Below, in pieces: positions 51,392-64,000 of a stretch of DNA of 64,000 bases. How positions within the stretch are numbered: position 1 is the stretch's first letter; each line of letters starts with the position of its first letter. Source of the stretch: Haliotis rubra (taxonomy: Eukaryota); contig NW_025765003.1 of assembly GCF_003918875.1 (NCBI RefSeq), forward strand, positions 4,588,001 to 4,652,000, read 5' to 3'. The position numbers and the translations under genes were made by a program. The notes beneath the pieces were generated by a model. It saw only the letters and a program-made list of their open reading frames with translations. It was not told where the DNA came from and did no database searches.

Positions 51392-51619
51392 CAGTGTATG
51401 AAATAAGCCAAAAATCCAGCCAGACATCAGGGCTGGTAACTTCAAAATGTTACCAGCCCAAAATGGATTTAACCAGACCAAATATTCTGAATTTTACTCA
51501 GATATATGGAACATCTACAATTTTTACCAGACCATCGGGCTGGCTAGCTGTAAATTTAGACCGTCCGTCAGAAATCTAGACCGTCTCGGGCTGTCGGACG
51601 GGCCTTATTTCATACACTG
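51392..51619. mobile_element. hAT-like MITE (second copy at 58359-58590)
   Basis: TIRs cagtgtatgaaata / tatttcatacactg; the two copies share internal sequence. Confidence 0.75.
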
Positions 51620-53502
51620 CCCCATGATGAGCTAAGTAAGCAGAACAGATCAAATAAGCATAGAATCAGACAAAATAACTACATATGAATCACCTGAATA
51701 ACATGGGACTGACACAGTAAGAAGCTTTGTACAACACAGCATAACGTATAATATGATATAGGATGATAGTCACAGAAAAAGGAAGTATGGACACTCAGGA
51801 AATATCTGACAAACATTTCGTAACATCGGTACTGCTTATCTTTTACCTTTATTATCCACACTAAATAGATTAAAAATTAGCTGTTTGAAATTTGAGAAGA
51901 TGACTGTGTCCTCATGACACAGATATTGAAGTCTCACTTAACAGTTACACTATTACACATATCAACATCTGCACTACATCAACTGTGACACAGGGTGAAT
52001 GAAAGTACTATAGGAATTAATATGACCACCAGATAGAACTATTCTTTGTCCAACATCATTATCATGCCATATTTCCTAGAGTTAAGTGAATTACCAAGAG
52101 AGTTCAGTAAACTAATCCTATAATCTCACTCAGAGTAAAGAGAAGAGGTACAGGTTATAGTTACCAAATATGCTTTCTACTGTCCAGAGTATAATAGTTA
52201 ACTAATAATTACAGAAGTTATAGTTTTAATCATACTCTAACAAATAATAACAGTAATAATATCTATTATTTCTTTAACACATCTCCTCACCAAAAAACGG
52301 TTTCATTTCAGAGATAATGCTTTACATCTTAAAATATATTAGAGCAATTGATCCATCCAAAAATAACAAAATCTCAAATCATTAATGTAAGGATACATTC
52401 ACAGAAGCACTTTAACAAAATACATAAACAGAAAATATGCTATCTATAGTGTAGAAAAGTGGGAAGGAAGGTCTTGCCACAGTCTTAATGGAGGGGCGGC
52501 ATTATCACATCAACCCAGACCACAGGTCATGCTGGAAAAGCGGCTCAAGTAAATGATCTAAATTTCAGGACAGAACAACACGTCCCTCCAGATTTTCTCT
52601 AATCTTGGGCTATGTGACTAGTAGCCAATGAAAGACCTTCACTACCCAACTTTTAACATAAAGATCAATGTGGAATTCCTTGTCATATTGGTCGCCATGC
52701 GAACATAAGGTCAAGAAATTACGTGTGACTTGGCTGACTTTTTGTCATTGCACTTCATGATGCTATGGAAAACAACATTCACTCACTCACTCACTTGAAC
52801 ACTTCATTATAGCATTTGTCCATTTGATCGATTTCCACTGTCACATCTGATAACGTTGCCGTCACACTAACATCAAATTGGCCAATGCCACAGCAAGAAA
52901 CAGATTGTCACCAATCGGAACATGCAAAATGAATATGTAAAACTTCTTAATTACAATGTTTCAGCAGAAGATTTGATAATCCTGTTCTTAGTTTATTGAC
53001 TTGCATCACTTACAACAATGCAAATGGTGAACATCATGTACCCATAATTATCATAGCCTTGTATCCAAGGGAAGCAACTCTGTACAGCCAGATGTGCAGA
53101 TTCGGACATGGCAGAGCTCTGATAAAGTATTTCAGTTATATACCAGCATGGTAACTTAAATGTTAGAGGAAGGTCTAAAATTATGGCGGTCTAGGTAGGC
53201 AGGTACAGAAATGACAACCCAAGACAGGATTTCAACCCCATAATTATCAGGTTCTTTTATGACCAAGGGACATAACTCTACACACCGATCAGGTGGCATG
53301 TAAGACTTTGGGCCACTCATACCTCGTTGTAATTTGGACAACATCCCTACAACAAAATCAACGGTACATAACAAATGATGTGCGTACACATAGAAGCCTG
53401 ACTTTTAGTCTCATACAAGTCATTTTGATCCATGTCTGGCCAACACAGAACCTTCTTCAAAACATGTTGGTCTAATTGACTTAATCATGTTTAAATCCAA
53501 AA

Positions 53503-53740
53503 TCACTTTTCAACAGGTTTTATGTCCTTGGGTTTGGGGGGTTTCAGGATGCCAACTTTCCTCAGATATCTGACAAGGAAGGGTGTTACGGAGACGGTGA
53601 TGGCAATTCGTGCTGGAGCGAACACCTTGTGAACGGCATAAGCCACCACAAAAGTTCCTGCCCCCGCTACAACAGCCTCTGATCCCACCAAAGTCTTCCC
53701 AATCCCGATCTTGTCCAAAAGTGACACCATGTCAATTCCA
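53503..53740 (-). CDS. FAM210B: FAM210B exon 3 (terminal)
   Basis: SGIDMVSLLDKIG...FVVAYAVHKVFAPARIAIT...KPVEK*; acceptor cttttcag. Confidence 0.92.
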
Positions 53741-56700
53741 CTGAAAAGCAAAAGGGGAAAATTGTAGTCAGCAATGTCACAAAACATAAGGGAAGTATCT
53801 TTAGTAGAAATTAAATACAAGATCATCAAATTACACCAGGATTGTGTGAGGTACAACTATCAAACCATTAGGTTTCATTATGTTAAAATTCTTTTCATCT
53901 TTCATGACTGTGCCAGAAAAGTCTCCACACAATGTACCTGTGGGGAATCACTTCAAACATGATGAGCTAACCCTTGAACCACCCAATTACCACACTACCC
54001 CTTGTTTCATGGATACGAAACATATCATTTGTACTGGCATAAACATAAGATTAATTAAATCCTGAATCTATATAATTATACACTGTATATCATGAAATTC
54101 ATGTTAGGCCCCAAAAAAATAAATGTTGTGGTTCCAATTTCCTACATGTCAGAACTAGGGTAGGTAGGTAGGGTTTTTGTTTTTCTTTGCAAAATATCTT
54201 TACATTACTCATGTGTCAGAAAATAAATTTAATTTATTATGTGGTGAGTAAAATTGTTAGGCTTGGCGGGAATATTTAGGGTCGGTCGGGAAATCAGAAC
54301 CACAAGCTTTTTTTTTTAGGCCTTAGCATTAATATAATGAGGTGTTTGTTTCCTGGTCATACTGGAGCATACAGCAATGACAGGTTAACATTATTCCCCA
54401 AAAGCATTGACATATGCAGTGAAGCTCACAATCAGCAAAGCTTGACAGAGAGACTGCTTCTCATTAGTTTCATGTCAAGTGTTGTAAAAAGTTTGTTACA
54501 CAAGTCAATGACACTTGCCATTTGTGTATGAAAGCATCTTTGTTCTTGATAACCTGTCACATAATCCAGTGACATATTATTACACAAAAAAGACTAATCA
54601 CCTACAAAGTGAACATTTTTGGTGAAGTAAAAGCATTTGTCTTGTTATATAAGACCTTTATTTACAATTGAAGGATTTTGCTAGCTCATGTAAAAATTAA
54701 ATTTTTATTGGTTATGTGACCTATCTCATGCTTTTAGTGAGTGAGTTTATATTTATGCCTCTTTTAGCAATAATCTCATGCTTTTAAATCATGTCAAGCA
54801 GTAGAAGTATCTTTTGTGAAGGTAACTGAACTGATAACAGCCCATATGATATCATGGAATCCTAAATCTGGGGTCCTGTTGTTGGCTGATGTGTTCTTTA
54901 TTTCATCTCTTTCCAGAACCCTCATATCTCCTCTAAGGGCCCTTGAAATTAGCCATTTGGTGCCCTGCGACATTTTGGTGCAAGTAAAACTCTGTAGTAC
55001 TGTCAGTAGAAGTATGAAGAGGAAGGCATGTTTAAGTTAATGTCTCACACTGAAATGTGACTGTACACTTGGGTAAGCAGCAAACATAAAGCAAAATTCT
55101 GCGGAATGATAGGGATGGGAAAAAGTATTTGGTCAAAAAACAAGCAAAGATTGCAAGTAACACCTTAGACTATGATCAATATCAACTCAAAACTCCCTCA
55201 AAATGAATATGAGCCATACATCTGATTTCTACCCCCACCCATGTCACGATTGTACAAGTTTTGTTTTACAATGCTTAGTAATAACAGGGAGTGAGTGAGT
55301 TTGGTTTTACACCGCTTTTAGCAATATTCCAGCAATATCACGGTGGGGGACACCAGAAATGGGCTACACACATTTAGCCAATGTGGGAATTCGAACCCTA
55401 GTCTTCGGCATGACGAGTAAATACTTTAACCACTAGGCTACCCCACCGCCCATTAGCAATAACACATTTGGTTAACTTAATGCCGGAAGAAAGTTGGAAG
55501 TGACATACAGCTGAAGAATTTCACAGGGGAATGTAGCAGACAACCTTTCATTGTCAAACTTTGGAAAATCTTTGATTCAAACGATTATAAGGGTTTCTTG
55601 CACTGACAGCTGTGGAATGTAACTCTGCAATACAGTGGCCCTCCTGTCCTCACCAACCCCCATCTCACAACGGGAAAGATGCAACAATAAAGAAAATGAC
55701 ATGAGGTATCCAGTGATACAGAGGTTAAGAACACATGTACTCATGTAAGCCCTCCCAATGAACATGTCATGCAATGACCCAATGATCCATGAACAAATTA
55801 AGCATTGAATTCATGAACAATTTAAGCATCATGATCCATGAACAAATTAAGCAATGAATCCATGAACAAATTAAGCAATGATCCATGAACAAATTAAGCA
55901 ATGAATCCATGAACAAATTAAGCAATGAATTCATGAACAAATTATGCAATGAATCCACGATCCTTGAACACATTAAGCAATGAGTCCATTATCCATGAAC
56001 AAATTAAGCAATGAATTCATGAACAAATTAAGCAATGAATCCAGGATCAATGAACAAATTAAGCAATGAATCCACGATCCATGAATAAATTAAGCAATGA
56101 GTCCATTATCCATGAACAAATTAAGCAATGAATTCATGAACAAATTAAGCAATGAATCCATGATCAATGAACAAATTAAGCAATGAATCCATGAACAAAT
56201 TAAGCAACGAGTCCATGATCAATGAACAAATTAAGCAATGAATTCATGAACAAATTAAGCAATGAATCCACGATCCATGAATAAATTAAGCAACGAGTCC
56301 ATGATCCATGAACAAATTAAGCAATGAATCCATGATCAATGAACAAATTAAGCAATGAATCCATGAACAAATTAAGCAATGAATTCATGATCAATGAACA
56401 AATTAAGCAACGAGTCCATGATCCATGAACAAATTAAGCAATGAATTCATGAACAAATTAAGCAATGAATCCATGATCAATGAACAAATTAAGCAACGAG
56501 TCCATGATCCATGAACAAATTAAGCAATGAATTCATGAACAAATTAAGCAATGAATCCATGATCAATGAACAAATTAAGCAATGAATCCAAGAACAAATT
56601 AAGCAATGAAACCATGAACAAATTAAGCAACGAGTCCATGATCAATGAACAAATTATGCCAATGAATTCATGAACAAATTAAGCAATGAATCCACGATCC

Positions 56701-59700
56701 ATGAATAAATTAAGCAATGAGTCCATTATCCAAGAACAAATTAAGCAATGAATTCATGAACAAATTAAGCAATGAATCCATGAACAAATTAAGCAACAAG
56801 TCCATGATCCCATTTCCCCATACTATGCAAAGAAACAATGACCACAATGCACTGCACTACCTGGACACTGCAAGGTAAAAGCCGCCAAGAGACATCAGGG
56901 ATATGCCTGTATGAAATACTATCACAGTCGCTCCATATTCTTTAAAGGTTTTTTTAAGCTGCTCTGCCTGAGTGAGCTTAGGGGTTTCAGTTTGACCAAC
57001 CTTGGGGTCAGACTTAGAGTCAGGGGCTGATGTGGAGTATCCACGCCGCTGTTGGTACTGTGTGACAACACTTCGGATCAACTGATCCTGTTCCGCAAAC
57101 ACTTGACCAAGAGATTTCCTTCCTTTGCTGAGACTATCTAGCTGGTCCATGCACTCTTTGAACCCAAAGCGGTGGCAGTTCTCCAGCCACAGTTTGAACC
57201 TAACACAGTCCTCCCCTTGCACTCCCTGGGGGCAGGGGGTATCAACTATGGGGAAACTATTCAAATCTCCCTGCAGTCCTTGGACACTACAGGTCTCGGC
57301 AGCCTCTTCCTGGTGCTGAGCAGACACCTGCTGACGATACTTCTCAGAGATGCTGTGAATGAGTTCATCTTGTTCTGCCAGCACCTGGGACAGTGTTTTC
57401 CTTCCGCTCTGGATCCCCTGTAGCTGTTGGTCACAGTTTTGCAGGCCGTATCGCTGACAACTCTCCATCCATAGCTTGAAGTTAACGCAGCCATCGCCCT
57501 GGATACCCTGTGGACTGGTCTCATTGTCCACATCTACTGCACGAGTATCTGGCTGGTCCACAAGAGGGCGCTGCTCACCAGTGTGAAAACTCCGACAGAA
57601 TGCTTGACGAGGGTCTTTGCCATAACCTACAGGAATAAAATATTCTTAAAAAAATGTAATACAAAAAACAATAGCGATTCTATGCCTGAGTAAATTCAAG
57701 CAGTCATTCAAAGTGTACCAGACAAGGGTGATCAGACAGACATGATGTCCAACAACTAAAATTTGTATCTTGATTGGTGATGTTAAGATAGCATACTTTG
57801 AAGCTTTTGGCATAAACAGATAAAACTCAGTTTCAGAATCAACTTCAGAAGAATTTGTTTAATACATCTCTACCATCAGTTTTTATCGCAAACAAATTTG
57901 GACTTACAATTTTTTTTTAAATTCAATCTCACTGAAAATATTAATATTAATAAAATTAAGATTAAGATCAAATTAATAAAATGAGATGTCATGGTTATAG
58001 TATTCCTCCTTGTATATTGATTGTGTACTGAATCAGAAGTTCAAAAGGTGTTTCTGTCAGTTTCAGATATGTATAACTGAAGCAGCAACATCTGTTCCAT
58101 GGATGACAACGATTCTGCATTCATCCGAGGAAACTACATATGTAATTGCTGTTTATATGATATATATCAGAGGGAACACAATACTATCAGCATGCTACAC
58201 ACTGTTCATATATATATAGATAGATATTAATTCTTGCTCTGCAGACAACTTGGTCTTCAGTACCAACAGATTATTGGAATTTGAGTTTTAATATGCTTGT
58301 CATTTTTGTAAATGAAATTGGGAGGTCAAACCCTGTACAGAGATTCATTATGTGACTGCAGTGTATGAAATAGCCAAAAACCCAGCTAGACATCAGGGCT
58401 GGTAACTTCAAAATGTTACCAGCCCAAAATGGATTTAACCAGACCAGACACCAAGAGATAATATATTTACTCAGAAACATGATGGAACATCTAAAACTTA
58501 AAAAGACCATCAGACTGGCTTGCAGTAAATTTAGACCATCCGTCGGAAATCTGGCCCGTCTAGGGCAGTCAGACCTTATTTCATACACTGGTGACAGTGT
58601 GTCATACTACATCTCCATTGTGTAACCCGTGAAGATCCGGTTAGAATTGGTCTTTTGCATTGTTCAGTAACCCAATGCTTGTTGTAAGTAGGATTTTAGC
58701 AAAAAATGGATGGAATTATCATGAAAACGTCCCCTAGTTATCAGAAATGAGCGATCTGCTACAAATGATAATGGCCCGCGGATTCTATAATCCTCCATAT
58801 GGCACATAATTGATGACCTAGGGTTTCTGCAAATGATAACAGCCTTACCCCTATAACAGAAAAACAGCGTTACCCCTATACTAATGGGATCAGGTGGTCA
58901 TGCTCACTGACTCGGTTGTATCCCTATTACCTAGATCAATGATGCTGATCACTGGATTGTCTGGCCAAGACTCGACTATTTACAGACCACCGCCATATAG
59001 CTGGAATATTGCTGAGTGCGGTGCTAAACAACCAACCAACACATTGTATAATACAGTCATCATCTAATCGCAACATTGGTGGCCATGGCATGGATTATTA
59101 TTAGGCTGCTGCCCAGATAGCATTCGGACGTTGGCCAAACGTTGGCAATGTTGGCAAAACCATTGCCAACATTAGGCCAACGTCTGAATGCTATCTGGGT
59201 GTGAGTGAGTGAGGTTTAACACCACTTAGTCCAGCATAAAACTAGACGACTTTGCACTATACCAAGGTGTGCTCGATGTAGGCCTTGTGCTCGATGTACC
59301 ACAGGGCACACATAGTTTCCATGATAGGGAATTGAACCTGTGTTGGCATGGTAAGTGAACACTAACCACTGAACTACTCTACAGGTTCCTGTTATATCAA
59401 TATTGTTGTCTGACAATATCTACCCCTCACCCACAATGATACGTTGATCAAATGTAAAATAATTCACTAAAACTTATAAAAAAATGTCACCACTGATTAT
59501 TTACATTACAACGTCTGTGTATTTACAATATCACCTCGTTATAACGCGAGTAACCCCCTGAAGACAATACACGACTAAGAAAACCTATATGGCTGATGAA
59601 TTAGATAAATGGTACTCTCACATACAGTAAAATGTTATACATTTTGTACCTAATATTATTTAGTTTTCGTGGCCGTGCCAAGGTCGCAAAGCAGAACTCT

Positions 59701-60047
59701 AAACTACAACCTGCCACAGGGTCAGTGCATGATCACATTCGAGCAGACACGTGATCATACCTAAACATTTTACTTGGTTTTCTACCTTGAATGCCTTGGA
59801 ACCCCGGTCCTTCTTGTGAATGTTTCAATGCTGTGGATAGCAGCAGCCGTGCTCTGTTGAGAGAAACCGACTTTGCGCTCCCCTGAAATCCCTCGATCAA
59901 AAGGTGAGATTTCTGCAGTCTCTGGTCGCTCTGTACAGGTGCCGACTCAGGGTGTTGTTGAGACTTGGCAGTTACTGTTGTCGAAAGAAAACGGAGTGAC
60001 AGCGAGTTGGATTGTTTCAGCATAGCGGTACTTCTATTGGTTATCAT
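53503..60047 (-). CDS. FAM210B: FAM210B-like mitochondrial membrane protein (DUF1279) with long N-terminal extension, 3 exons, about 421 aa
   Basis: Exons 60047(or 60023)-59786, 57626-56861, 53740-53503 with consistent phases. C-terminus QLKKTFKEYGATVIVFHTGISLMSLGGFYLAVSSGIDM...TFVVAYAVHKVFAPARIAITVSVTPFLVRYLRKVG matches FAM210B. The exon-1 donor (aag|gtagaa) is the least certain boundary. Confidence 0.88.
55289..55452 (-). mobile_element. SINE family A
   Basis: Family-A consensus; TSD-like ttag(t/c)aataaca. Confidence 0.82.
55780..56812. repeat. 24/31-bp minisatellite atgaacaaattaagcaatgaatcc in FAM210B intron 2
   Basis: About 1 kb of visible tandem units. Confidence 0.95.
56861..57626 (-). 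CDS. FAM210B: FAM210B exon 2
   Basis: 766-nt open exon: tandem Cys-patterned domain plus the start of DUF1279; ttcctgtag|...ag|gtagtg. Confidence 0.88.
58625..59040 (+). mobile_element. SINE family B interrupted by an insertion of about 190 bp
   Basis: 5' acccgtgaagatcc and 3' tail are present; unrelated sequence at about 58690-58880; TSD cattgt(g/a)ta. Confidence 0.75.
59112..59199. mobile_element. 88-bp palindromic mini-MITE (degenerate second copy at about 9910-9982)
   Basis: cccagatagcatt...ttggcaatg...cattgccaa...aatgctatctggg. Confidence 0.72.
59786..60047 (-). CDS. FAM210B: FAM210B exon 1 (mitochondrial presequence-like)
   Basis: MLKQSNSLSLRFLSTTVTAK...PGFQGIQ(G); a phase-1 donor joins exon 2 in frame. 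Confidence 0.65.
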
Positions 60048-60770
60048 GGTGAGCTTCTGTTGTCCCGAAATATCCCTTCCAGTCTGCAGTTTTATACTGC
60101 TGTGTCATGAAAGCGGACAACAACGTGATGTACTGGTGTGACCTGCTGACCTCCATAGACATGCGCACTGCTTCTGTGTATATTTCGACTGAGCATGCGT
60201 GAGCAACAATAACAAACACACGTGCTTTTGCGTGTTCAGGGAATTTAAGAAAGTATTTGCATGTTATACAAGCTATAAGATGGGTGTTTAATCACTATGG
60301 GTGCATTACAGTCACAGGGGTCAAATTAGCAGCAAGGTACATGATCACTTACGATGCCATATGCTACTGCAATAACATATCCGTCTGTTCATAGAACCAA
60401 TGGTACTACGACTTCTTAATATGCTTATGACCATGTCTTGGTGCCAATGTTGGCGTTTCAAGACCCTATCATTAGAACGACACGTATATTTCCCCAGGAC
60501 CTAGGTCTCATTATTTGTGTTTCAACGGGCGTTTATAGTCATTAACCTCATGAGGGTAAGGCCATATGTGATACCCAGGTTTTAGGCGACCCACAATGTA
60601 AGAACTTTCATGTACATCCGGTGGAAAACAGCCAGCGAGGTCACATAATAACAGCATTCGTGACCAACTCGTGTTATTCCGGACAAGCCGAATACCGTGT
60701 GTTTTGTAAGGTTGTAAGATCTTTCTAAGGTTTTGAGCCTTATTTAGTCTGTTTCTTCTAAACAGATCTT

Positions 60771-60936
60771 TGGGGCGGTTGGGTAGCCTAGTGGTTAAAG
60801 CGTTCGCTTGTCACGCCGAAGAAAGACCCGGGTTCGTTTTCCCACGTGGGTATAATGTGTGAAGCCCATTTCTGGTGTCCCCGCCGTGATATTGCTGGAA
60901 TATTGCTAAAAGCGACGTAAAACCCAAATCACTCAA
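60771..60936 (+). mobile_element. SINE family A
   Basis: Family-A consensus; TSD aacag(a/c)tcttt. Confidence 0.87.
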
Positions 60937-62176
60937 CAGCTCTTTATCAGAATACATCCAGTGATATGATATAATAACTAAGTTACGTACCCAGTACCAT
61001 GTTTCCTAACAGTTCTTTATCAGAATATATTCAGTGGTGGATTGTGTATTGTCTATGCCAGCCATACTGAATATTATGAAACTATTAGGCGAATTAAATA
61101 GGCTCACGGTATCTCAAACACAAGCAAAGAACTAAGCACTAAAAAACCTGTGTGATTGTGACTTGAGCATTCTTAAGAACAATCTTTGAAGTTTTGTGAA
61201 TGTAAGTTATGCACAGAGCAAGTTCAAGATCAACACGGCCATGGTCGATTATCTGGTGTATAGAATGGAGATTTGGTACAGTGGATATCTGAGGTTGGGT
61301 GGTTTAAATCTTCCCCCAAACATGATAGTGACAACTTATAGTGCCTAGTCACTCCTTATCTATAAACGCTGCCGCGCCTGTTGTCTATCTCTGTTACCTC
61401 TGCAGGTCAGTATATGCAAATAGACCCCTTAGTCATTCTTACCATGCATTGTGATTTAAGGTGAGCACCGTTGCTTAAAATGTTTACCGACCTCTTTCTT
61501 TTATATAAAATGCACGGTGGTGGTGTGTACATTAGTGGTGTTCCGATTAATCGAAATAACCGAAGATTGGTCGCAGTGACCAAACGACCAAGCAATCGAT
61601 CACATTTTCTAATAATCGAAAATAAACGATTTTGGAACTACTGTTTTAGTCTTTAAAATACTTGACAATGGAACATATCGTTGAAGTGTCAGGGCCTGAA
61701 AACGTGTTTAATTCTTAGAAAATTCACTTCACTAACTGAAACGCCATGACTAAATATTTCTTAAAGACTCCGGGAAGTTTATGTTCATGATACATTAGTC
61801 ATTACTTTAAAGTAGCAAGTTGCATCATGTTTTTTCATATCTGCAAAAACAACCTGGATAGGAAAATCTGAAAAATGACGCTAGCCAATTATTTTCGATG
61901 ATTGTTCGTTGGTAATGAATCAATCATAAATTGTGAGATTTCAACCAGTTCCCAACACTAGTGTACATTAGTCACGATAAAAGGGGCTAGCACGCTATAT
62001 ACTGCATATGTTGAAGGTACGGTTCACTTGACTAAAGGCACACCAGGAAAATATGTTCAGCACCGCTATCTATTTTCGTTTAAAATAGTCACTTTCCTAA
62101 TTCATATCTGTTTTGGTTGTAACAAAACACATTTGTAATCACATGTATTAGATCCGGTGATCTGATTGTGAAGTAG

Positions 62177-62404
62177 TGAGTGAGTGAGTTTAGCTTTGCG
62201 CCGCATTCAGCAATATTCCAGCTATATGGAAATAATCCAATCTGAACTAGACAATCAAAGAGATCAACAGCATGAGCATCGATCTACGCAATTGCGATAC
62301 GATGACGTGTCAACCAAGTCAGCGAGCCTGACCACCCGATCCCGTTAGTCCCTCTTACAGGCATGGGTTACTGAAGATCAGTTCTAACAAGGATCTTCAC
62401 GGGT
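62177..62404 (-). mobile_element. SINE family B, full length
   Basis: Ends (+ strand) in ggatcttcacgggt. Confidence 0.82.
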
Positions 62405-62421
62405 TGGATTGAGACGTACAT

Positions 62422-62733
62422 GTATACAACCATGAATACAGTGCCTTGGTTATATCCCAAATATAACACGTGTTATATAAAGTATACACCCATGAATACA
62501 GTGCCATGGTTATATCCCAAATATAACACGTGTTATATAAAGTATACACCCATGAATACAGTGCCATGGTTATATCCCAAATATAACACGTGTTATATAA
62601 AGTATACACCCATGAATACAGTGCCATGGTTATATCCCAAATATAACACGTGTTATATAAAGTATACACCCATGAATACAGTGCCATGGTTATATCCCAA
62701 ATATAACACGTGTTATATAAAGTATACAACCAT
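62422..62733. repeat. 60-bp near-perfect tandem repeat, about 5 copies
   Basis: Lines 62461-62700 are identical. Confidence 0.97.
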
Positions 62734-64000
62734 TACTGATGGTGACTAGCAAGAAGCAAAAAATGCAGTGGTTATTCGATGGTGATGTACTTCATATTGG
62801 TATCTACGTTGTGTTTTGGACCCCAAGTTTGCAGTGTTTAGGATGCTGTTTTCGGCTTAGTAGTTTTGTTAACATTTGAAATGTTTCGGTCAATCCCCGT
62901 CTACCCTTTCTCTGGCCGACAGTTAGACGCCTTTGCCAATGTTTGGTGTTCTTCAGTTCATAAGCGTTATGAAGATCAGGGATAAAATTTTCTTCTGCTA
63001 AAAAAGTTGTCGCAAGAGGGCTCCTCGCTGACTTGGTTGTATTCTACTTGTGCAGATCGATCCTCATGTCAATCACCGGTTTGTTTAGTGGATTTTTTTA
63101 TTTACAGAACGACGTAATGTGGCTTGAATACCTAATGCAGCGTTAAACAGATTCAGGATTCAAAGCTAACTATATAGTCCAGTTTAGGACATTTTCACCC
63201 GCTTTTGCTGACGACTGAGGCCAGAATAGACTATGCGTTCGCTCGTCAGGCTGATGACCCAGGTTAATCACCATAATGCCTACGCCCTTCCTGCGTCTCA
63301 TGCAGCTGCGGATTATAGCTCCTACACCAGTTTCCTATTTGTCAACAGCGAATGAAAACAGGATGTTATGAAGAACTGTTGAAATGGGATATTTCATCAT
63401 CCATGAGGTGTAGTGGGCTTAAACTCCCCATTTGTTTAATTACATGGCGGTTGCATACACTAGCGACGATATTTACAGGCAGATTTGTGGTGTTTCATAC
63501 GTCGCAGCTTGGCATGTACGAATACCCAACTCACACTTATTGACTCGACCCAACCAATAACTGCTCTCTCCCCAAATGCCAAGCACCAGGCATGTAAACA
63601 AGAAACCTAACGCTTAGTCTCAGAATATATATAATGTTGATAGAAACAAACAAGTCCTTTCAAACTGAAAAGGACCCTAGTGGGCCTGAACCTGAACCCG
63701 AGAAGCTTAACTTGCTTGATATATGGTTTTAGCACTGCAGAGAGGGACCAACAGAAGAGAAAATGCGGTTCAGGGACTGTGAGACTAGGTAACAAGTACA
63801 TGTTTTCCAAGTGGCCATAAACTAAACCATTAAAGTGTCTGAACAAGAAATCACATTGCTTTGAGCCGACCCTTTAAATCGTCTAGTGGAGAGCAGGTTC
63901 GGTCCCTGGAATGTGTCTTCTCAAAAGGCCTATATACCCCATGAAAAAGTAGAGTTGAAGGTTCTCTTTTCTTGGCCATTTTTCGGTTACATCGGTGTGG

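Noticed and set aside
59761-59785. Alternative FAM210B exon-1 donor tag|gtatga at 59761
   Set aside because: Phase 2 would put exon 2 out of frame and give an early TGA; the phase-1 donor at 59786 is preferred.
62397-62749. Repetitive ORFs on both strands
   Set aside because: Product of a 60-bp tandem repeat; no coding evidence.

Overview
Eukaryotic, intron-containing, repeat-rich DNA, most likely molluscan. A gastropod such as abalone is inferred from the SINE/MITE landscape and the STAND-ankyrin family; this is not proven. The right half holds two intact nuclear-encoded mitochondrial genes on the minus strand. NDUFAF6 has 10 exons (47556->35331, ~325 aa). FAM210B has 3 exons (60047->53503, ~421 aa) and carries an unexplained tandem Cys-patterned N-terminal domain. 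The left half looks like an innate-immune neighbourhood. It has a single-coding-exon FHA gene (16556-17359) with all hallmarks of TIFA: an N-terminal Thr, the FHA domain and a C-terminal PxExxD TRAF6 motif, plus an IRF-like/TATA promoter. About 10 kb downstream lies a STAND NTPase-ankyrin receptor-like gene (27084-29701) with two homopolymer frameshifts and a Walker A K>Q change. Mobile DNA includes three Tc1/mariner relics (one interrupted by a two-gene PIF/Harbinger), a miniature non-autonomous DIRS1 with intact ITR/ICR architecture, a Gypsy RT fragment, several MITEs and two abundant SINE families that share a 3' tail. One SINE family has no tRNA head and instead starts with a conserved pseudoknot-forming RNA, a candidate ribozyme. 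The window also contains several minisatellites, an array of duplicated exon ends/splice donors inside NDUFAF6, and a 130-N gap. All homology calls are from visual recall of family motifs, not database searches.
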